Virus record (IMG/VR): IMGVR_UViG_3300031088_000789
Origin: an uncultured virus (IMG/VR IMGVR_UViG_3300031088_000789)
Lineage: Duplodnaviria > Heunggongvirae > Uroviricota > Caudoviricetes
Reading direction: 5' to 3' (one strand)
Length of the DNA: 33,493 bases
The notes beneath the pieces are model-generated. The model had not been told where the DNA came from, ran no database searches, and saw nothing but the letters and a program-made list of their open reading frames with translations. Positions 1-9,711 of the stretch are shown here, piece by piece (positions within the stretch are counted from its first letter, which is position 1; the number at the start of each line of letters is the position of its first letter). A program made the position numbers and the translations under genes.

Positions 1-345
1 AAACTGGATGTAGAATCTGAGCCTACGCTGTTCGAGTATTCCAAAGTGGGCGATTCTGCTCATTGGTTTGAAGATCGCCAAGTCTGGTTGACTTTTAAGG
101 ATGATGATTCCTACACCCTTGAACCGGCTGTTGGCTTGCTCAAAGAATTCACGCTTGCTCTTCAACGCGAATTGGCTGATCCTAAGTTTGATGATTACAC
201 TTGCTTTGTGATGGCCCGCAAAGACCTCGAAAAAGACGATTTGGCAGCAGCCATTGAGCGAATTCTTGTAGATATTGATAAACTCATTTCACTTGATCAT
301 GATCTTTATGAATATATTCGTTATATTCTTAACGTGACACGATAA
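1..345 (+). CDS. hypothetical protein (5'-truncated by window edge)
   Basis: Frame is open from base 1 to TAA at 343-345. Confidence 0.75.
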   Translation, partial: KLDVESEPTLFEYSKVGDSAHWFEDRQVWLTFKDDDSYTLEPAVGLLKEFTLALQRELADPKFDDYTCFVMARKDLEKDDLAAAIERILVDIDKLISLDHDLYEYIRYILNVTR

Positions 346-358
346 GGATAGTCTCAAG

Positions 359-586
359 ATGGCGACTTACATTATTCGTAACCGTAATGATAAAAATATC
401 AGTGGTTGCATTGGTGTTAAAAGCGTTCAAGAGCTTTTTGAGCGAATTGATGAAAATCGGCACCCTTTTGATTTTGAATTCTGCCTTGCTGATCCTCACA
501 GTTTTTGGTTTGATGAAACCACTAAATGGTTTGTATTCAAACCAATGAAAAACTTCTATGAGGTTCCCCAACTAGTTCAATCGTAA
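359..586 (+). CDS. hypothetical protein
   Basis: AAGGA RBS, ATG, 75 aa, followed by hairpin terminator near 603-627. Confidence 0.75.
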   Translation: MATYIIRNRNDKNISGCIGVKSVQELFERIDENRHPFDFEFCLADPHSFWFDETTKWFVFKPMKNFYEVPQLVQS

Positions 587-688
587 TCTTCCTGATACTA
601 TCAAAACCTGATTAATTTCAGGTTTTTCTGTTTTCTTTTTATCTATTTCCTGATATACTCAGGTATCTAAAAATACTAGGTAACCATT

Positions 689-1276
689 ATGTCCGCTTCT
701 ATTAAATCACTACCTTTGCAAGATGTCATTGTTCAACTTTTGAAATCCAATGGATTAAGAGCTTTGGTTGCTGGCACATCTAATAAACAGGAAACTCAAA
801 TTGAAGTTTATAATGAAGAACGCCAAACTTATATCTCTATTGGCACTGTTTATGATGGCAACATGGCTTATCTGGATAAAAAGTTTAATTCAAAGGCATA
901 TAATATTATTTTGAATATGTCAGATAAATCTATTTACGATGTTCTTATAGACGCTTATTCTAAAAATATCATATTTAAGGAAAAATACGATCATCTTTTG
1001 AATCAATCTCGACCTCTACGATATTCTCTTTGTGATCCTGTTTTTTATTACAATAAACGTTCTAAAAAATTATATGCAATTCCACGTATTGACGTTTTGT
1101 CGATGAATTCTTTTTCAACAATTCATTATGTGCCTAGCTTATTGGTAAAGGTAGATGATGCCGTAAACTACACTTATAAAAAATTTTATGATAGTGTTTT
1201 TCAAAAAATTTTAGAAAAACCTTTGAATCAATATACCGAAGATGAACTCACTGTTTTTCATATGGCAAACATTTAA
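689..1276 (+). CDS. hypothetical protein
   Basis: 195-aa ORF, TATACT -10 at 654, AGGT RBS, terminator after stop. Confidence 0.8.
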   Translation: MSASIKSLPLQDVIVQLLKSNGLRALVAGTSNKQETQIEVYNEERQTYISIGTVYDGNMAYLDKKFNSKAYNIILNMSDKSIYDVLIDAYSKNIIFKEKYDHLLNQSRPLRYSLCDPVFYYNKRSKKLYAIPRIDVLSMNSFSTIHYVPSLLVKVDDAVNYTYKKFYDSVFQKILEKPLNQYTEDELTVFHMANI

Positions 1277-1338
1277 AGGGTTGATGGACCCTTTTTTTTA
1301 TTGTATAATAAGCCATCTACAGACAAGGATACCTTGCA

Positions 1339-1500
1339 ATGATTACAGCACTCAACGAAATTAAATCAGTTGAACAATCCACTTTTCTTCTGGATCTTTT
1401 TCAATACCATGTTGATGAAACGGGTCAGCTTCGTTTGTTGAAAATTGATCAGCAGCGTATTCAAGAAGATAATCAGGCCGTAGAAGAGATTTCTGCCTAA
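1339..1500 (+). CDS. small hypothetical protein (53 aa, MITALNEIKS...EEISA), not in ORF track
   Basis: Promoter TTGATG(1281)-17-TATAAT(1304), AAGGA RBS, ATG 1339, TAA 1498-1500. Confidence 0.7.
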   Translation: MITALNEIKSVEQSTFLLDLFQYHVDETGQLRLLKIDQQRIQEDNQAVEEISA

Positions 1501-1541
1501 TTGTCTTAATAACTTTTTATATCAATTTCTGAGGTTTTTCT

Positions 1542-1784
1542 ATGTCTGACGGTAAAGTTGTCAATCCAGCAGGTGAACGCATTTCTGTATGTGGTAATTC
1601 CTACTACTCAGTCCAATATGGGTTGTGTGTTGGCATTGCTTTTTTCAAAGATGATATCTGGTGTTTCACTGGCTATCCGGCTGTTCATACCGACGAACTG
1701 AAGTATGACATGGTGGTTTTCAAGCATATCATTAGACATGATGATTTGCTCACTGATGCGAATCTTCTGCGAGTTAAATCCTAA
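1542..1784 (+). CDS. hypothetical protein
   Basis: GAGG RBS, 80 aa, terminator near 1801-1824. Confidence 0.7.
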   Translation: MSDGKVVNPAGERISVCGNSYYSVQYGLCVGIAFFKDDIWCFTGYPAVHTDELKYDMVVFKHIIRHDDLLTDANLLRVKS

Positions 1785-1885
1785 TCTTTTTCTTTTAATT
1801 AAGAGCCTTTAATGGCTCTTTTTTATTGCTTAAAAAACTTATTTTTGCTATACTAGACCTATCAAAACCCAATGAGATTATCGCT

Positions 1886-2521
1886 ATGACCAATGTTATT
1901 GAACTCATTTCTGGCTTTCAAACTGCAGCGGCTCAACTGCGTGAGCAGCAAGAGAAAACTCTGCCAGTTTTGGGGTTGTATGGTGATGATTGTCAATACA
2001 TGGATTCTTCGTATATCATCGAAGCATTCAGTAATCTCAAAAGTGAACTTCCACCAGAATTTGCTGTTGTTGCCGACCGTATCATTGCAGATATTTCTCT
2101 GCTCAATGAAATGACAAACGACAAAAATGCACTCATCGAAGAGCGTAATGAAATTCTTGATACTGAAGTCAGCGATCTTCAAGCTGTTCTGGAATCTCAT
2201 TTGGTCGATCTTCCAGAATCTAAAATGGATCGAGCGGTTGTTATCAACATCAAATACATGAATGATGATGAACTTCAACTGCTTGAACAGGTTTACAAAA
2301 ATCTCAATCTTACCCATGTGAACCGTGAAGAACGCAAGCATTCTGTCTATTTCGTCTATGCAGACAAACCTAAGCTACATTCGTTGATTGTGGCTGAATT
2401 TAACAAAGTTGTCGCTGAATATGGGATTGCTAGTTCATTGCTCATTAGCAACTATGTTCAAGGTGAACCTGTCTTGGGCTTTACTAGCGAATTGATTAAA
2501 GTCATTCAATCGAAACAATAA
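1886..2521 (+). CDS. hypothetical coiled-coil protein, paralogue of 3167-3799
   Basis: Start moved to ATG 1886 (after -10 TATACT and GAG); shares LRxQQ...PxLG...DD and LNLTHVxRExRKH with 3167 ORF. Confidence 0.85.
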   Translation: MTNVIELISGFQTAAAQLREQQEKTLPVLGLYGDDCQYMDSSYIIEAFSNLKSELPPEFAVVADRIIADISLLNEMTNDKNALIEERNEILDTEVSDLQAVLESHLVDLPESKMDRAVVINIKYMNDDELQLLEQVYKNLNLTHVNREERKHSVYFVYADKPKLHSLIVAEFNKVVAEYGIASSLLISNYVQGEPVLGFTSELIKVIQSKQ

Positions 2522-2540
2522 TCGAATTGTTGTATAAATA

Positions 2541-2560
2541 AAGGGGCTTAGGCCCCTTTT
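2541..2560 (+). terminator. intrinsic terminator
   Basis: GGGGC-TTAG-GCCCC followed by T tract. Confidence 0.8.
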
Positions 2561-2624
2561 CTTATGGACTTTTCTTTGTTTTTGATGATAAAATAGTGTT
2601 ATTCACAATGACAGGTATGATGTT

Positions 2625-3086
2625 ATGACAAAACCCATTTCACCAGTAGACCTTGAGTTTTTGGCGGCAGATTCTAATATATCTCTTGACCTTATTCCTG
2701 TGGATAAAGTGAAAATTGATCGAATGTCTGCTGATGTTTTTTCTGGGTTTAACCAACACCTTATTGGCTTTAATCAAGTGCCTTCGGAAGATCATGGTCG
2801 GCTCCATACTCACTGCCATCTTTCAAATATTGGTTTTCTTGCAAAAGATGGACTAAGTTATGTCCCTGTTTTCAAATTTTTGCAGGAAGATGCAATTTTT
2901 GATAGTGATATTTATGATAACAAACCCTATCAGCAAACGCCTTGGGTTGTTCTCTATCACGGCCATGATAACTGCAGTTATGGTATGCGTTTTAAAAATG
3001 AATTTGACGCTGACCGTTTTGTTAAACGTGGTTATCTTAATGGATTCTTCAATGTTTATGGGAAACTTAAATTCTATAATTCTTGA
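2625..3086 (+). CDS. hypothetical protein
   Basis: 153-aa ORF with AGGT RBS. Confidence 0.8.
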   Translation: MTKPISPVDLEFLAADSNISLDLIPVDKVKIDRMSADVFSGFNQHLIGFNQVPSEDHGRLHTHCHLSNIGFLAKDGLSYVPVFKFLQEDAIFDSDIYDNKPYQQTPWVVLYHGHDNCSYGMRFKNEFDADRFVKRGYLNGFFNVYGKLKFYNS

Positions 3087-3166
3087 TTTTTAAGAAAAAA
3101 AAATAGACACGACTTCTCTATTTGTGATATCATAAGCCTATTCAATATAAATAGGAATCTACTACA

Positions 3167-3799
3167 ATGTCCAATATTTTGAAAGCCATCCAAGAATTTG
3201 AAGAAAAGGCAGAAGCCCTGAGAGATCAGCAAAAATCTCTTTATCCAACTCTTGGATTTTCGTGTGACGATTACCCTTTCGTCAATGCTTCTACTCTGGT
3301 AGCTATTATCGGGGATTTGCATGACCAATTGCCAACAGCCTATCATGATATCACCAACCGTATTATGGGTGATTTGGCAACCTTATCCAACTTGTTGGAC
3401 AAGGAAAATAATCAAATCGTTATCGAAAATGATAAAATTAATGAAGAAGTTAATTCCCTGTTTGGTGAACTTCGCGTTGAAATGAAAAAAGAACCAGAAT
3501 ATGAATTATCGGAAACTGTTATCATAGGCTTAAACAAGCTTAATCCAGAAGAAGTCACTATTCTTGAAACAGTATATTCTCAGTTGAATCTGACGCACGT
3601 TTTGCGTGAGCCTCGCAAACATATTGTTTTTTTCAATCCAAAAGAAACTCCAAAACTTGGCAAAGTAATTACTAATGCTTTCAACAAAAAATTTAGAGAT
3701 GCACGTTGCAAGCCTCGAATCAATATTGAAAACTATATCCATTATGAAAATGTCTTTGGTATTAATGGTTTCGTTAATGCAATTAAAGCAAGACAGTAA
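3167..3799 (+). CDS. hypothetical coiled-coil protein, paralogue of 1886-2521
   Basis: AGGA RBS; full-length similarity to 1886 ORF. Confidence 0.85.
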   Translation: MSNILKAIQEFEEKAEALRDQQKSLYPTLGFSCDDYPFVNASTLVAIIGDLHDQLPTAYHDITNRIMGDLATLSNLLDKENNQIVIENDKINEEVNSLFGELRVEMKKEPEYELSETVIIGLNKLNPEEVTILETVYSQLNLTHVLREPRKHIVFFNPKETPKLGKVITNAFNKKFRDARCKPRINIENYIHYENVFGINGFVNAIKARQ

Positions 3800-3810
3800 T
3801 AATGATCTAT

Positions 3811-3837
3811 AAAAAAGGAGCTTCGGCTCCTTTTTTT
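3811..3837 (+). terminator. intrinsic terminator (cUUCGg loop)
   Basis: A-tract, GGAGC-TTCG-GCTCC, T7. Confidence 0.9.
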
Positions 3838-3900
3838 GTTAGACATTTTCTAAATTTTATGTTACTATTTCTTAATTGATTAACAAAAAGGAAGTATTTC

Positions 3901-4374
3901 ATGCAATCCAAACGCTATACCATTTTTAACAAACACGTTGGTGGTAGCAATCGCCTGCCACAAGGTTTTCATGTTCTGAACCGCCTGTGGTCTACCAAAG
4001 GGAAAATGTCCGAAAAAGCTCAAAAAACTCTGCAGCAATGGGCAGAAGAGTCGGAAGTCGAAGTGGTGCTGGTAGGTGGGACTGATTCGGAACTAGAAAC
4101 CCTCTTTGAAGCGGTCAATAGCATTCCAGAGATCCCATCGGCCAAGTTCAATGAACCTGACATGCGTGATGCTTGCATGGCCATCACTTTTGTAGCGACT
4201 GATCGCATTGTGGTGGGTTCAGCAGAAGTTCGTAATCGTCGTATTCCGACTTTTGAAACAATTGCCTATCTACTGAACAATGAAGTAACTATGCCTGATG
4301 GTTCATCTGTCAAACTGACCCCGGCAGAAGTCACTGTGGCAGCGAGCATTGCTTACCTTCGACTTGCCGACTAA
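3901..4374 (+). CDS. phage Pth2-like (peptidyl-tRNA hydrolase fold) protein
   Basis: Motif pattern QxxH...W...VVLxGG...FxEPD...AITF resembles phage Pth2-like proteins. Confidence 0.55.
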   Translation: MQSKRYTIFNKHVGGSNRLPQGFHVLNRLWSTKGKMSEKAQKTLQQWAEESEVEVVLVGGTDSELETLFEAVNSIPEIPSAKFNEPDMRDACMAITFVATDRIVVGSAEVRNRRIPTFETIAYLLNNEVTMPDGSSVKLTPAEVTVAASIAYLRLAD

Positions 4375-4454
4375 TCTATAAAAAAATCTTGTTTTTAGCC
4401 CGTTATAGCGATATAATGGGCTTCTTACTTTTAAGGCCAATAGGAATTTCTTTT

Positions 4455-4739
4455 ATGTATATTCTCATTCGTAAAGATGACACCAAAGTTTTAGGTTTCA
4501 CCGTATGGTCTGGGTTTGGTGAAGAACAATCGATCAGCGGTAGCTTCAATGATGTTTCTGTTGTCAGCTTTGACAATGATGAAAAATCTGTGACTGTTCG
4601 TTTGTACAGCACCGTTGAATATGCAACCAAAGAAGCGATTCGAATTTCGAAAATCATCAAAGAAGTTCACGACAAAGATATCACCCTGCAGTGTCTTCCC
4701 CTCTTTGCCTATATTCGACAAGTTGAAAATTGGTCCTAA
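4455..4739 (+). CDS. hypothetical protein
   Basis: AGGA RBS before ATG 4455; promoter TTGTTT-17-TATAAT(4412). Confidence 0.75.
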   Translation: MYILIRKDDTKVLGFTVWSGFGEEQSISGSFNDVSVVSFDNDEKSVTVRLYSTVEYATKEAIRISKIIKEVHDKDITLQCLPLFAYIRQVENWS

Positions 4740-4808
4740 ACAACTTGTTGTCGGCCTGTTAGAATGGTATAATAGGCCCATCAAAATTAAAATCATCAGG
4801 ACCAAAAC

Positions 4809-5315
4809 ATGCACAATCAACACACCCTGCATCTGACTGATCAACAATATCAATTGGCTGTTAGTCTTTTGACTTTCACTGAAATGGATGTTACTGATGC
4901 TGCTTTGATTGAAGCAATGACTGATGAAGGTATTCGTCAGTATCCGGCTGAAAAACTGGTTGAACAACGAGCACGCTTTTATAACAAATTTCCTACCAAT
5001 GATCCACTGTTTGATCGTTTGTCTGATCTGACATTGAATCCTGCTTTCATTAACACTGATGCTTCGATTAAATCTTTATTTGGAGATTTTATGACAGATA
5101 CTCTTGCAAAAGATGTTTTGAATGGTTTGTCGTTCAAGCTCAACGAACAAATCAACGTTTCACCTGAAAAACACTTTACAGTGGTGGACGTTTCGCTCTC
5201 CGTAAATCCTGTGAGCGGTGATGTTAACGTGAATCTCACTGTTAACTATGTATTTGGTGATAAATCGGGCACTGATGTCATCAATTCCCGTCAGTTGAAA
5301 GAATTTTTGAAATAA
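4809..5315 (+). CDS. hypothetical protein; N-terminus paralogous to 21913-22110
   Basis: MHNQHTLHLT...TDAxxLIExMxDxGIRxYPA shared with 21913 ORF; AGGA RBS. Confidence 0.85.
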   Translation: MHNQHTLHLTDQQYQLAVSLLTFTEMDVTDAALIEAMTDEGIRQYPAEKLVEQRARFYNKFPTNDPLFDRLSDLTLNPAFINTDASIKSLFGDFMTDTLAKDVLNGLSFKLNEQINVSPEKHFTVVDVSLSVNPVSGDVNVNLTVNYVFGDKSGTDVINSRQLKEFLK

Positions 5316-5332
5316 TTCACCAGATGTCGAAG

Positions 5333-5357
5333 AACCCAGCCTAGTGTTGGGTTTTTT
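5333..5357 (+). terminator. intrinsic terminator, CCCARC-CWAGT-GTTGGG family
   Basis: Hairpin plus T tract; near-identical copies at 6138 and 30651. Confidence 0.8.
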
Positions 5358-5420
5358 GCTTGTGTAATTTAAGAAACCTTGTTATAATGCCTACATTGAA
5401 ACGTAAATGGATGATTGATT

Positions 5421-5750
5421 ATGAATAAGAAAAACTTCAACGATTTGTCATCCTTTCTTTCCATTAAAAAGGTTGAAGAAAAAACTGCCCCTTCTATTTA
5501 TGAAAATGTGAATGATCTCAGTAAGAGCTTTGAATCCCTGCGAGAAACCATTTCAGATGCAGGCGAATCTATTAAAAACCTGTATCGTGCTCGTATGGAT
5601 TTTCTTGATATGCTCAATGATCGATTGAACACAATCAATGCCTTTGCAAAGACACCTGCATTTGCTGAGCTGTTGAAAACTAATCCAGCAGCGGTTCAAA
5701 AATTGGCGGATGAAGTTCAATATTTGGTGAAGCAATCACACAGCATCTAA
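5421..5750 (+). CDS. hypothetical helical protein, distant paralogue of 21560-21844
   Basis: ATG 5421; shared FAKTxxF C-terminal helix pattern. Confidence 0.8.
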   Translation: MNKKNFNDLSSFLSIKKVEEKTAPSIYENVNDLSKSFESLRETISDAGESIKNLYRARMDFLDMLNDRLNTINAFAKTPAFAELLKTNPAAVQKLADEVQYLVKQSHSI

Positions 5751-5774
5751 CTTAACTATTACGAGGTATTCTTT

Positions 5775-6119
5775 ATGAGCTTTCTCGCATTTGGTGGTTT
5801 TGTCGCTGGCATGCTTGGTGCTAATAGCCCGAAAAAAACGCAAGTAGACCATTACGCTCCTACTGCTGCCAATTTTGATAGCATTCACCGAACTATTGAT
5901 CGAATTGGTCAAAAGTCTGCACGAATTGCGTTTCATGAAAAAAACATTGAAAACATTCATAAACTCATCAACCGTATTGAGCGTATGGAAGCTCAAATGC
6001 AAACGGAAGAGTTTCGTGAGTTGGCTAGGAAGGTTCCCGGCACTCAACGCAAAATGTTCCAGCAGATTGAAGATCTTCGTTATGAAGCCCGCCTGATGTT
6101 TGAAAATCGTTACCTGTAA
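5775..6119 (+). CDS. hypothetical protein with hydrophobic N-terminus and coiled coil
   Basis: GAGG RBS; MSFLAFGGFVAGMLG N-terminus. Confidence 0.8.
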   Translation: MSFLAFGGFVAGMLGANSPKKTQVDHYAPTAANFDSIHRTIDRIGQKSARIAFHEKNIENIHKLINRIERMEAQMQTEEFRELARKVPGTQRKMFQQIEDLRYEARLMFENRYL

Positions 6120-6137
6120 TCTGTTATTGTTGACAAG

Positions 6138-6162
6138 AACCCAACCTAGTGTTGGGTTTTTT
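6138..6162 (+). terminator. intrinsic terminator, CCCARC-CWAGT-GTTGGG family
   Basis: AACCCAAC-CTAGT-GTTGGGTT plus T tract. Confidence 0.8.
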
Positions 6163-6237
6163 GTTTGCTAAACAAAAGTTGTTAGTTTGTATTAGATATG
6201 CTATTATTGGTTCATTCGATTATGAGGATTAAAAAAA

Positions 6238-6792
6238 ATGCTGTCTAAAAAAGGCACCCAACAAAGCAAATTCATTTCTTACATCCTGCGACATGGTGCT
6301 AAAGAAGCTGGTGTACCTATTACGTCCGAAGGCTGGGTACTGGTTGCCGATCTGTTGGCTGCTTCCGTGCGAGCAAAACAAAGCATTACCACAGAAGAAC
6401 TGGCTGATATTGTTGAGAACAACAACAAGAAACGTTTCGCTTTCTCCGAAGATGGACTGTCTATCCGTGCTAGCCAAGGCCATTCCAGCGACAATGTGAA
6501 CATTACTTTTGAACCCAAGACGCCACCAGCATCGCTCTATCACGGCACCACTGTGAGCTTCGTAGACGCGATTTTGGCCGAAGGTTTGAAGAAGATGAAT
6601 CGTCATCATGTTCACCTCTCTTTGAGCCTTGAAACGGCTATAAACGTGGGTAGCCGTCATGGCAAAGTCGCTATGCTCAAAGTGAATGCGGCTCAGATGC
6701 AAAAAGATGGATTCTTGTTCTACTGCTCTGAAAACGAAGTGTGGTTGACTGACAACGTGCCCGCATGCTATATTACGCTTGTTGACCTGTAA
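6238..6792 (+). CDS. kptA: RNA 2'-phosphotransferase (Tpt1/KptA family)
   Basis: Signature motifs SKFISYILRHG, KKRF, IRASQGHS, LYHGT, RHHVHLS, NEVWLT. Confidence 0.95.
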   Translation: MLSKKGTQQSKFISYILRHGAKEAGVPITSEGWVLVADLLAASVRAKQSITTEELADIVENNNKKRFAFSEDGLSIRASQGHSSDNVNITFEPKTPPASLYHGTTVSFVDAILAEGLKKMNRHHVHLSLSLETAINVGSRHGKVAMLKVNAAQMQKDGFLFYCSENEVWLTDNVPACYITLVDL

Positions 6793-6824
6793 CACCCACC
6801 TTACATATTCAAGAGAAAACTTGT

Positions 6825-7220
6825 ATGTTGAATACCCCTGTGCAGTTCACCGTAGACACCCTTGTAGGCGACTACCTTAAACATTACAGGTTTTCTATTG
6901 ATGATCTGTCTTATTCGATGGATGTTATAAATTCACCCCATTCCGACTACTTGCGAGTTCAGTTCACTTTGAATGGTAAGGGGACTGGTATCTATAACAC
7001 GGGTAATGCGTTTAGGGTTTTTTCTGCAGTCATGCACATCTTGAAACAGGTGATGCAAGACACTGGTAAATCAAAACTGTCTTTCAATTCTCACCTCACC
7101 TTGCCATCTCGGGTCAAATTGTATGACCGTTTTTGCTCGCATATGGTGAAAAAAGGAAGTGCATCTAATTGGTCTTATGATGATGACTCTCGATACAGAG
7201 AATACGAACTTGCCTTTTGA
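6825..7220 (+). CDS. conserved phage hypothetical protein
   Basis: TGNAFRVFSAV...SRVKLYDRF motif pair resembles a recurrent large-phage family; function unknown. Confidence 0.7.
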   Translation: MLNTPVQFTVDTLVGDYLKHYRFSIDDLSYSMDVINSPHSDYLRVQFTLNGKGTGIYNTGNAFRVFSAVMHILKQVMQDTGKSKLSFNSHLTLPSRVKLYDRFCSHMVKKGSASNWSYDDDSRYREYELAF

Positions 7221-7268
7221 AAGCAGCTTGTGTTATACTCTGTTCATCCAAACGAAAGGGTGAACATC

Positions 7269-7433
7269 ATGAGTTTCGTCGTTAGCGAGTTCAGCAAAGC
7301 CCCTAAACACTATGTCATTTCCCAAAAGATCGAAACTGAAAGTGGCGTTTCTTGGAAAGAAGTGGCTTCTGTCAGCCTTCGTAATACTGCATTTTACTAC
7401 AAAGATTTGATGGAAAAGTTAAATAAAGAATAA
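7269..7433 (+). CDS. small hypothetical protein (54 aa)
   Basis: TATACT -10, AGGGTG RBS, ATG 7269, terminator follows. Confidence 0.7.
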   Translation: MSFVVSEFSKAPKHYVISQKIETESGVSWKEVASVSLRNTAFYYKDLMEKLNKE

Positions 7434-7445
7434 TTCACAGACTAT

Positions 7446-7472
7446 AAAAAAGAGGCTACGGCCTCTTTTTTT
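7446..7472 (+). terminator. intrinsic terminator
   Basis: AGAGGC-TACG-GCCTCT plus T tract. Confidence 0.85.
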
Positions 7473-7546
7473 GTACTTGTCTTTTATTTTTTTATTGCTA
7501 TTTCCTTTATTTTTTAGTATGATTCCGATATCTTTGAGGACCAATT

Positions 7547-8623
7547 ATGTCAATAAATATGCGAACTGAATACGATGCCTTAATTCAAGCTTTTGTGGCC
7601 GATAATTACGAGACGCTAGCTAAGGCTAAACAATATCGCCCTGAGCGTGAACGTGAATCTTGTTGGTCTTATATTGCTGAACGAAATCAACCTACGGATA
7701 TGTACTATCTTCGTGCTAACCCTAAGTTCAGGGCTTTGGTTACAACATTTGTTGACAAATTCCTGTATCGTGAAGGATTGAAATTTCATTTACGTTTTCA
7801 CATGGCGGCTCTTGATGGTCAGTTACTGACTGATCTTATGGATAATAAAGAGAATGTTCGTGGTTACAACTATTTCAGTCGTGACAATCTAATTGAACAT
7901 TTTTCACTTCATTTGTTAATGGATGTATTTACGATCTTTATCTATATTCGTGATAAAGAAACAGGGGCTATTCACTATCATCTTTTTGCTTATGATGACA
8001 ACCGTATTGAAATTAAAGGAAACTCCACTTGTCCTACTTGTAATGCTTACTTTTCTTTACTTGTTGATTACACACAAAATGCAATCATTATTGATGATAT
8101 TATGCCAGTTGCCGATTGTGTTAAAAAGATTCCAACGCGAGTTAATGTGACTCTAAAAAGCCCTTCTGGTAAGTTGGTGTTTCTTAACGAACCTAGTCAG
8201 TTCTTTAAACATCAGCGTGAAGATAAGTATGATCTTTCTATTAACTCGACATTAGGCTGTATTGCAGAAACTAAATTCTACGCCGAGCATAATATTGGCT
8301 TCTTCTTTATTGGGAACACAACTGCTTATATCATGCAAAAAGATGGCGAAATCTTGGCTACTTTGTTTGATGAGTATAATGATAAGGAAGTGGTTAAATA
8401 CAAAGACTATACGCTTCGCGGTGATGTTTGCACGGGGGTTTGGTGGTATACCGTTCTTGACCATGACCTCTATTTGAAGCTCTGTGCCGATCATAACGTA
8501 GATCCAGCATCTATTGAACACAGTGTGGTGCAAATTAATGCCACTAAGTATAAAGTCAGTCATGGGCTGGCGGCTCATCGTAAGGGCCACCATAGAGGGG
8601 TCTATTCAAAGATTACATACTAA
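7547..8623 (+). CDS. hypothetical CxxC-containing protein, paralogue of 10727-11788
   Basis: GAGGA RBS; CPTC, SPSGKLVFLN, SINSxLGCIxET, WWYTVLD shared with 10727 ORF. Confidence 0.9.
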   Translation: MSINMRTEYDALIQAFVADNYETLAKAKQYRPERERESCWSYIAERNQPTDMYYLRANPKFRALVTTFVDKFLYREGLKFHLRFHMAALDGQLLTDLMDNKENVRGYNYFSRDNLIEHFSLHLLMDVFTIFIYIRDKETGAIHYHLFAYDDNRIEIKGNSTCPTCNAYFSLLVDYTQNAIIIDDIMPVADCVKKIPTRVNVTLKSPSGKLVFLNEPSQFFKHQREDKYDLSINSTLGCIAETKFYAEHNIGFFFIGNTTAYIMQKDGEILATLFDEYNDKEVVKYKDYTLRGDVCTGVWWYTVLDHDLYLKLCADHNVDPASIEHSVVQINATKYKVSHGLAAHRKGHHRGVYSKITY

Positions 8624-8645
8624 CTTTTGCATTGTTTATACAACT

Positions 8646-8666
8646 AAGGGCTTCGGCCCTTTTTTT
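8646..8666 (+). terminator. intrinsic terminator
   Basis: GGGC-TTCG-GCCC plus T tract. Confidence 0.85.
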
Positions 8667-8680
8667 GTTCTATTGGTTAT

Positions 8681-8709
8681 AAAAAAAGACCACATTAAGT
8701 GGCCTTTTT
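8681..8709 (-). terminator. intrinsic terminator for minus-strand gene 8719-9594
   Basis: A7 then imperfect GACCAC/GTGGCC stem just past the stop. Confidence 0.6.
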
Positions 8710-8718
8710 CTCATTTAG

Positions 8719-9594
8719 TTATTTTAGAATAAAATTCAATTTCTTATATTCTTCTTCATAATTTCTTGTTTTTATTTCATCTTGGATTTTCTTAAAATTA
8801 TCATAGACTTCTTTATTATACACTGTCATTTTAGCTACACTTGATTGGATTTTGCTATAACGATTATCTTCATCTTTCAAATCATCCGCAATTTCAATTA
8901 CTATGTTATCTTTTTCATACAAACGTTCACCAATTAACCAGCCCAACAAATTCTTATTGGTATACCCTTTATTTTTAATTGCTTTAACATATTCATTAAG
9001 GATATAATTAATAGCGTTGACATCTACAGGATCTAGACTAACGTAGAACTTCTGTGTTTTGGTTCTTAATGTTGCTTTTAATACATAACCATACGCATAG
9101 CTATATGTAACACTATATTTATCTTCGTTAACCTCAAATTCTGTTAATGGACTATCTTTGACATTAAGAGTCATCAAAACTCCATTGTTATAGAAATCCA
9201 TTTTTTTAATCAATGAAGCTTTAACTATACCAAGTGATGTGTATTCATTTCTTGGTTTTGTATCATCATCGTTGAAAAGTTCATAGAAAAATTTTTTACG
9301 ATATTCAACGGCTGTTGGATGAGAACTTCTAAAATAGAAAAAATAGTCTACTTGCTCGTTTGGCACAAAAACTGTTAATTCATCTTGTTTTCCTACTTGC
9401 TTAGTTAGCTCATTAACTGTTGGTGGCACATTATTTAGATCGTAATTTTTAAAAATGTTTGAAAACTTTTCATTCTCAGGAGCACTCATATCAATTTTAG
9501 GTTTGATTTGAATTTCGACAGCTACTGCATTCGACATCGCCATCATCGCCATGCCCATGCAACCCATGATAGTAATGATTTTTCTTTTCAGCAT
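8719..9594 (-). CDS. exported protein with signal peptide, paralogue of 9712-10590
   Basis: MLKRK + hydrophobic stretch + AVA site; QVGKQxELxVFV, LIKKMDFYxNGV, YGYVLKA shared; AGGAG RBS. Confidence 0.85.
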   Translation of the reverse strand: MLKRKIITIMGCMGMAMMAMSNAVAVEIQIKPKIDMSAPENEKFSNIFKNYDLNNVPPTVNELTKQVGKQDELTVFVPNEQVDYFFYFRSSHPTAVEYRKKFFYELFNDDDTKPRNEYTSLGIVKASLIKKMDFYNNGVLMTLNVKDSPLTEFEVNEDKYSVTYSYAYGYVLKATLRTKTQKFYVSLDPVDVNAINYILNEYVKAIKNKGYTNKNLLGWLIGERLYEKDNIVIEIADDLKDEDNRYSKIQSSVAKMTVYNKEVYDNFKKIQDEIKTRNYEEEYKKLNFILK

Positions 9595-9666
9595 TTTAAA
9601 GGCTCCTTTTATGATGGTTGTATTTTATCATGCAAAATTTTTAAACACAACATTTTTGCAATTTAT

Positions 9667-9695
9667 AAAAAAAGGCCACCTTTCGGCAGCCTTTT
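9667..9695 (-). terminator. intrinsic terminator between the two minus-strand genes
   Basis: A7, AAGGC...GCCTT imperfect hairpin. Confidence 0.55.
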
Positions 9696-9711
9696 GGGAT
9701 TATCAATTTTA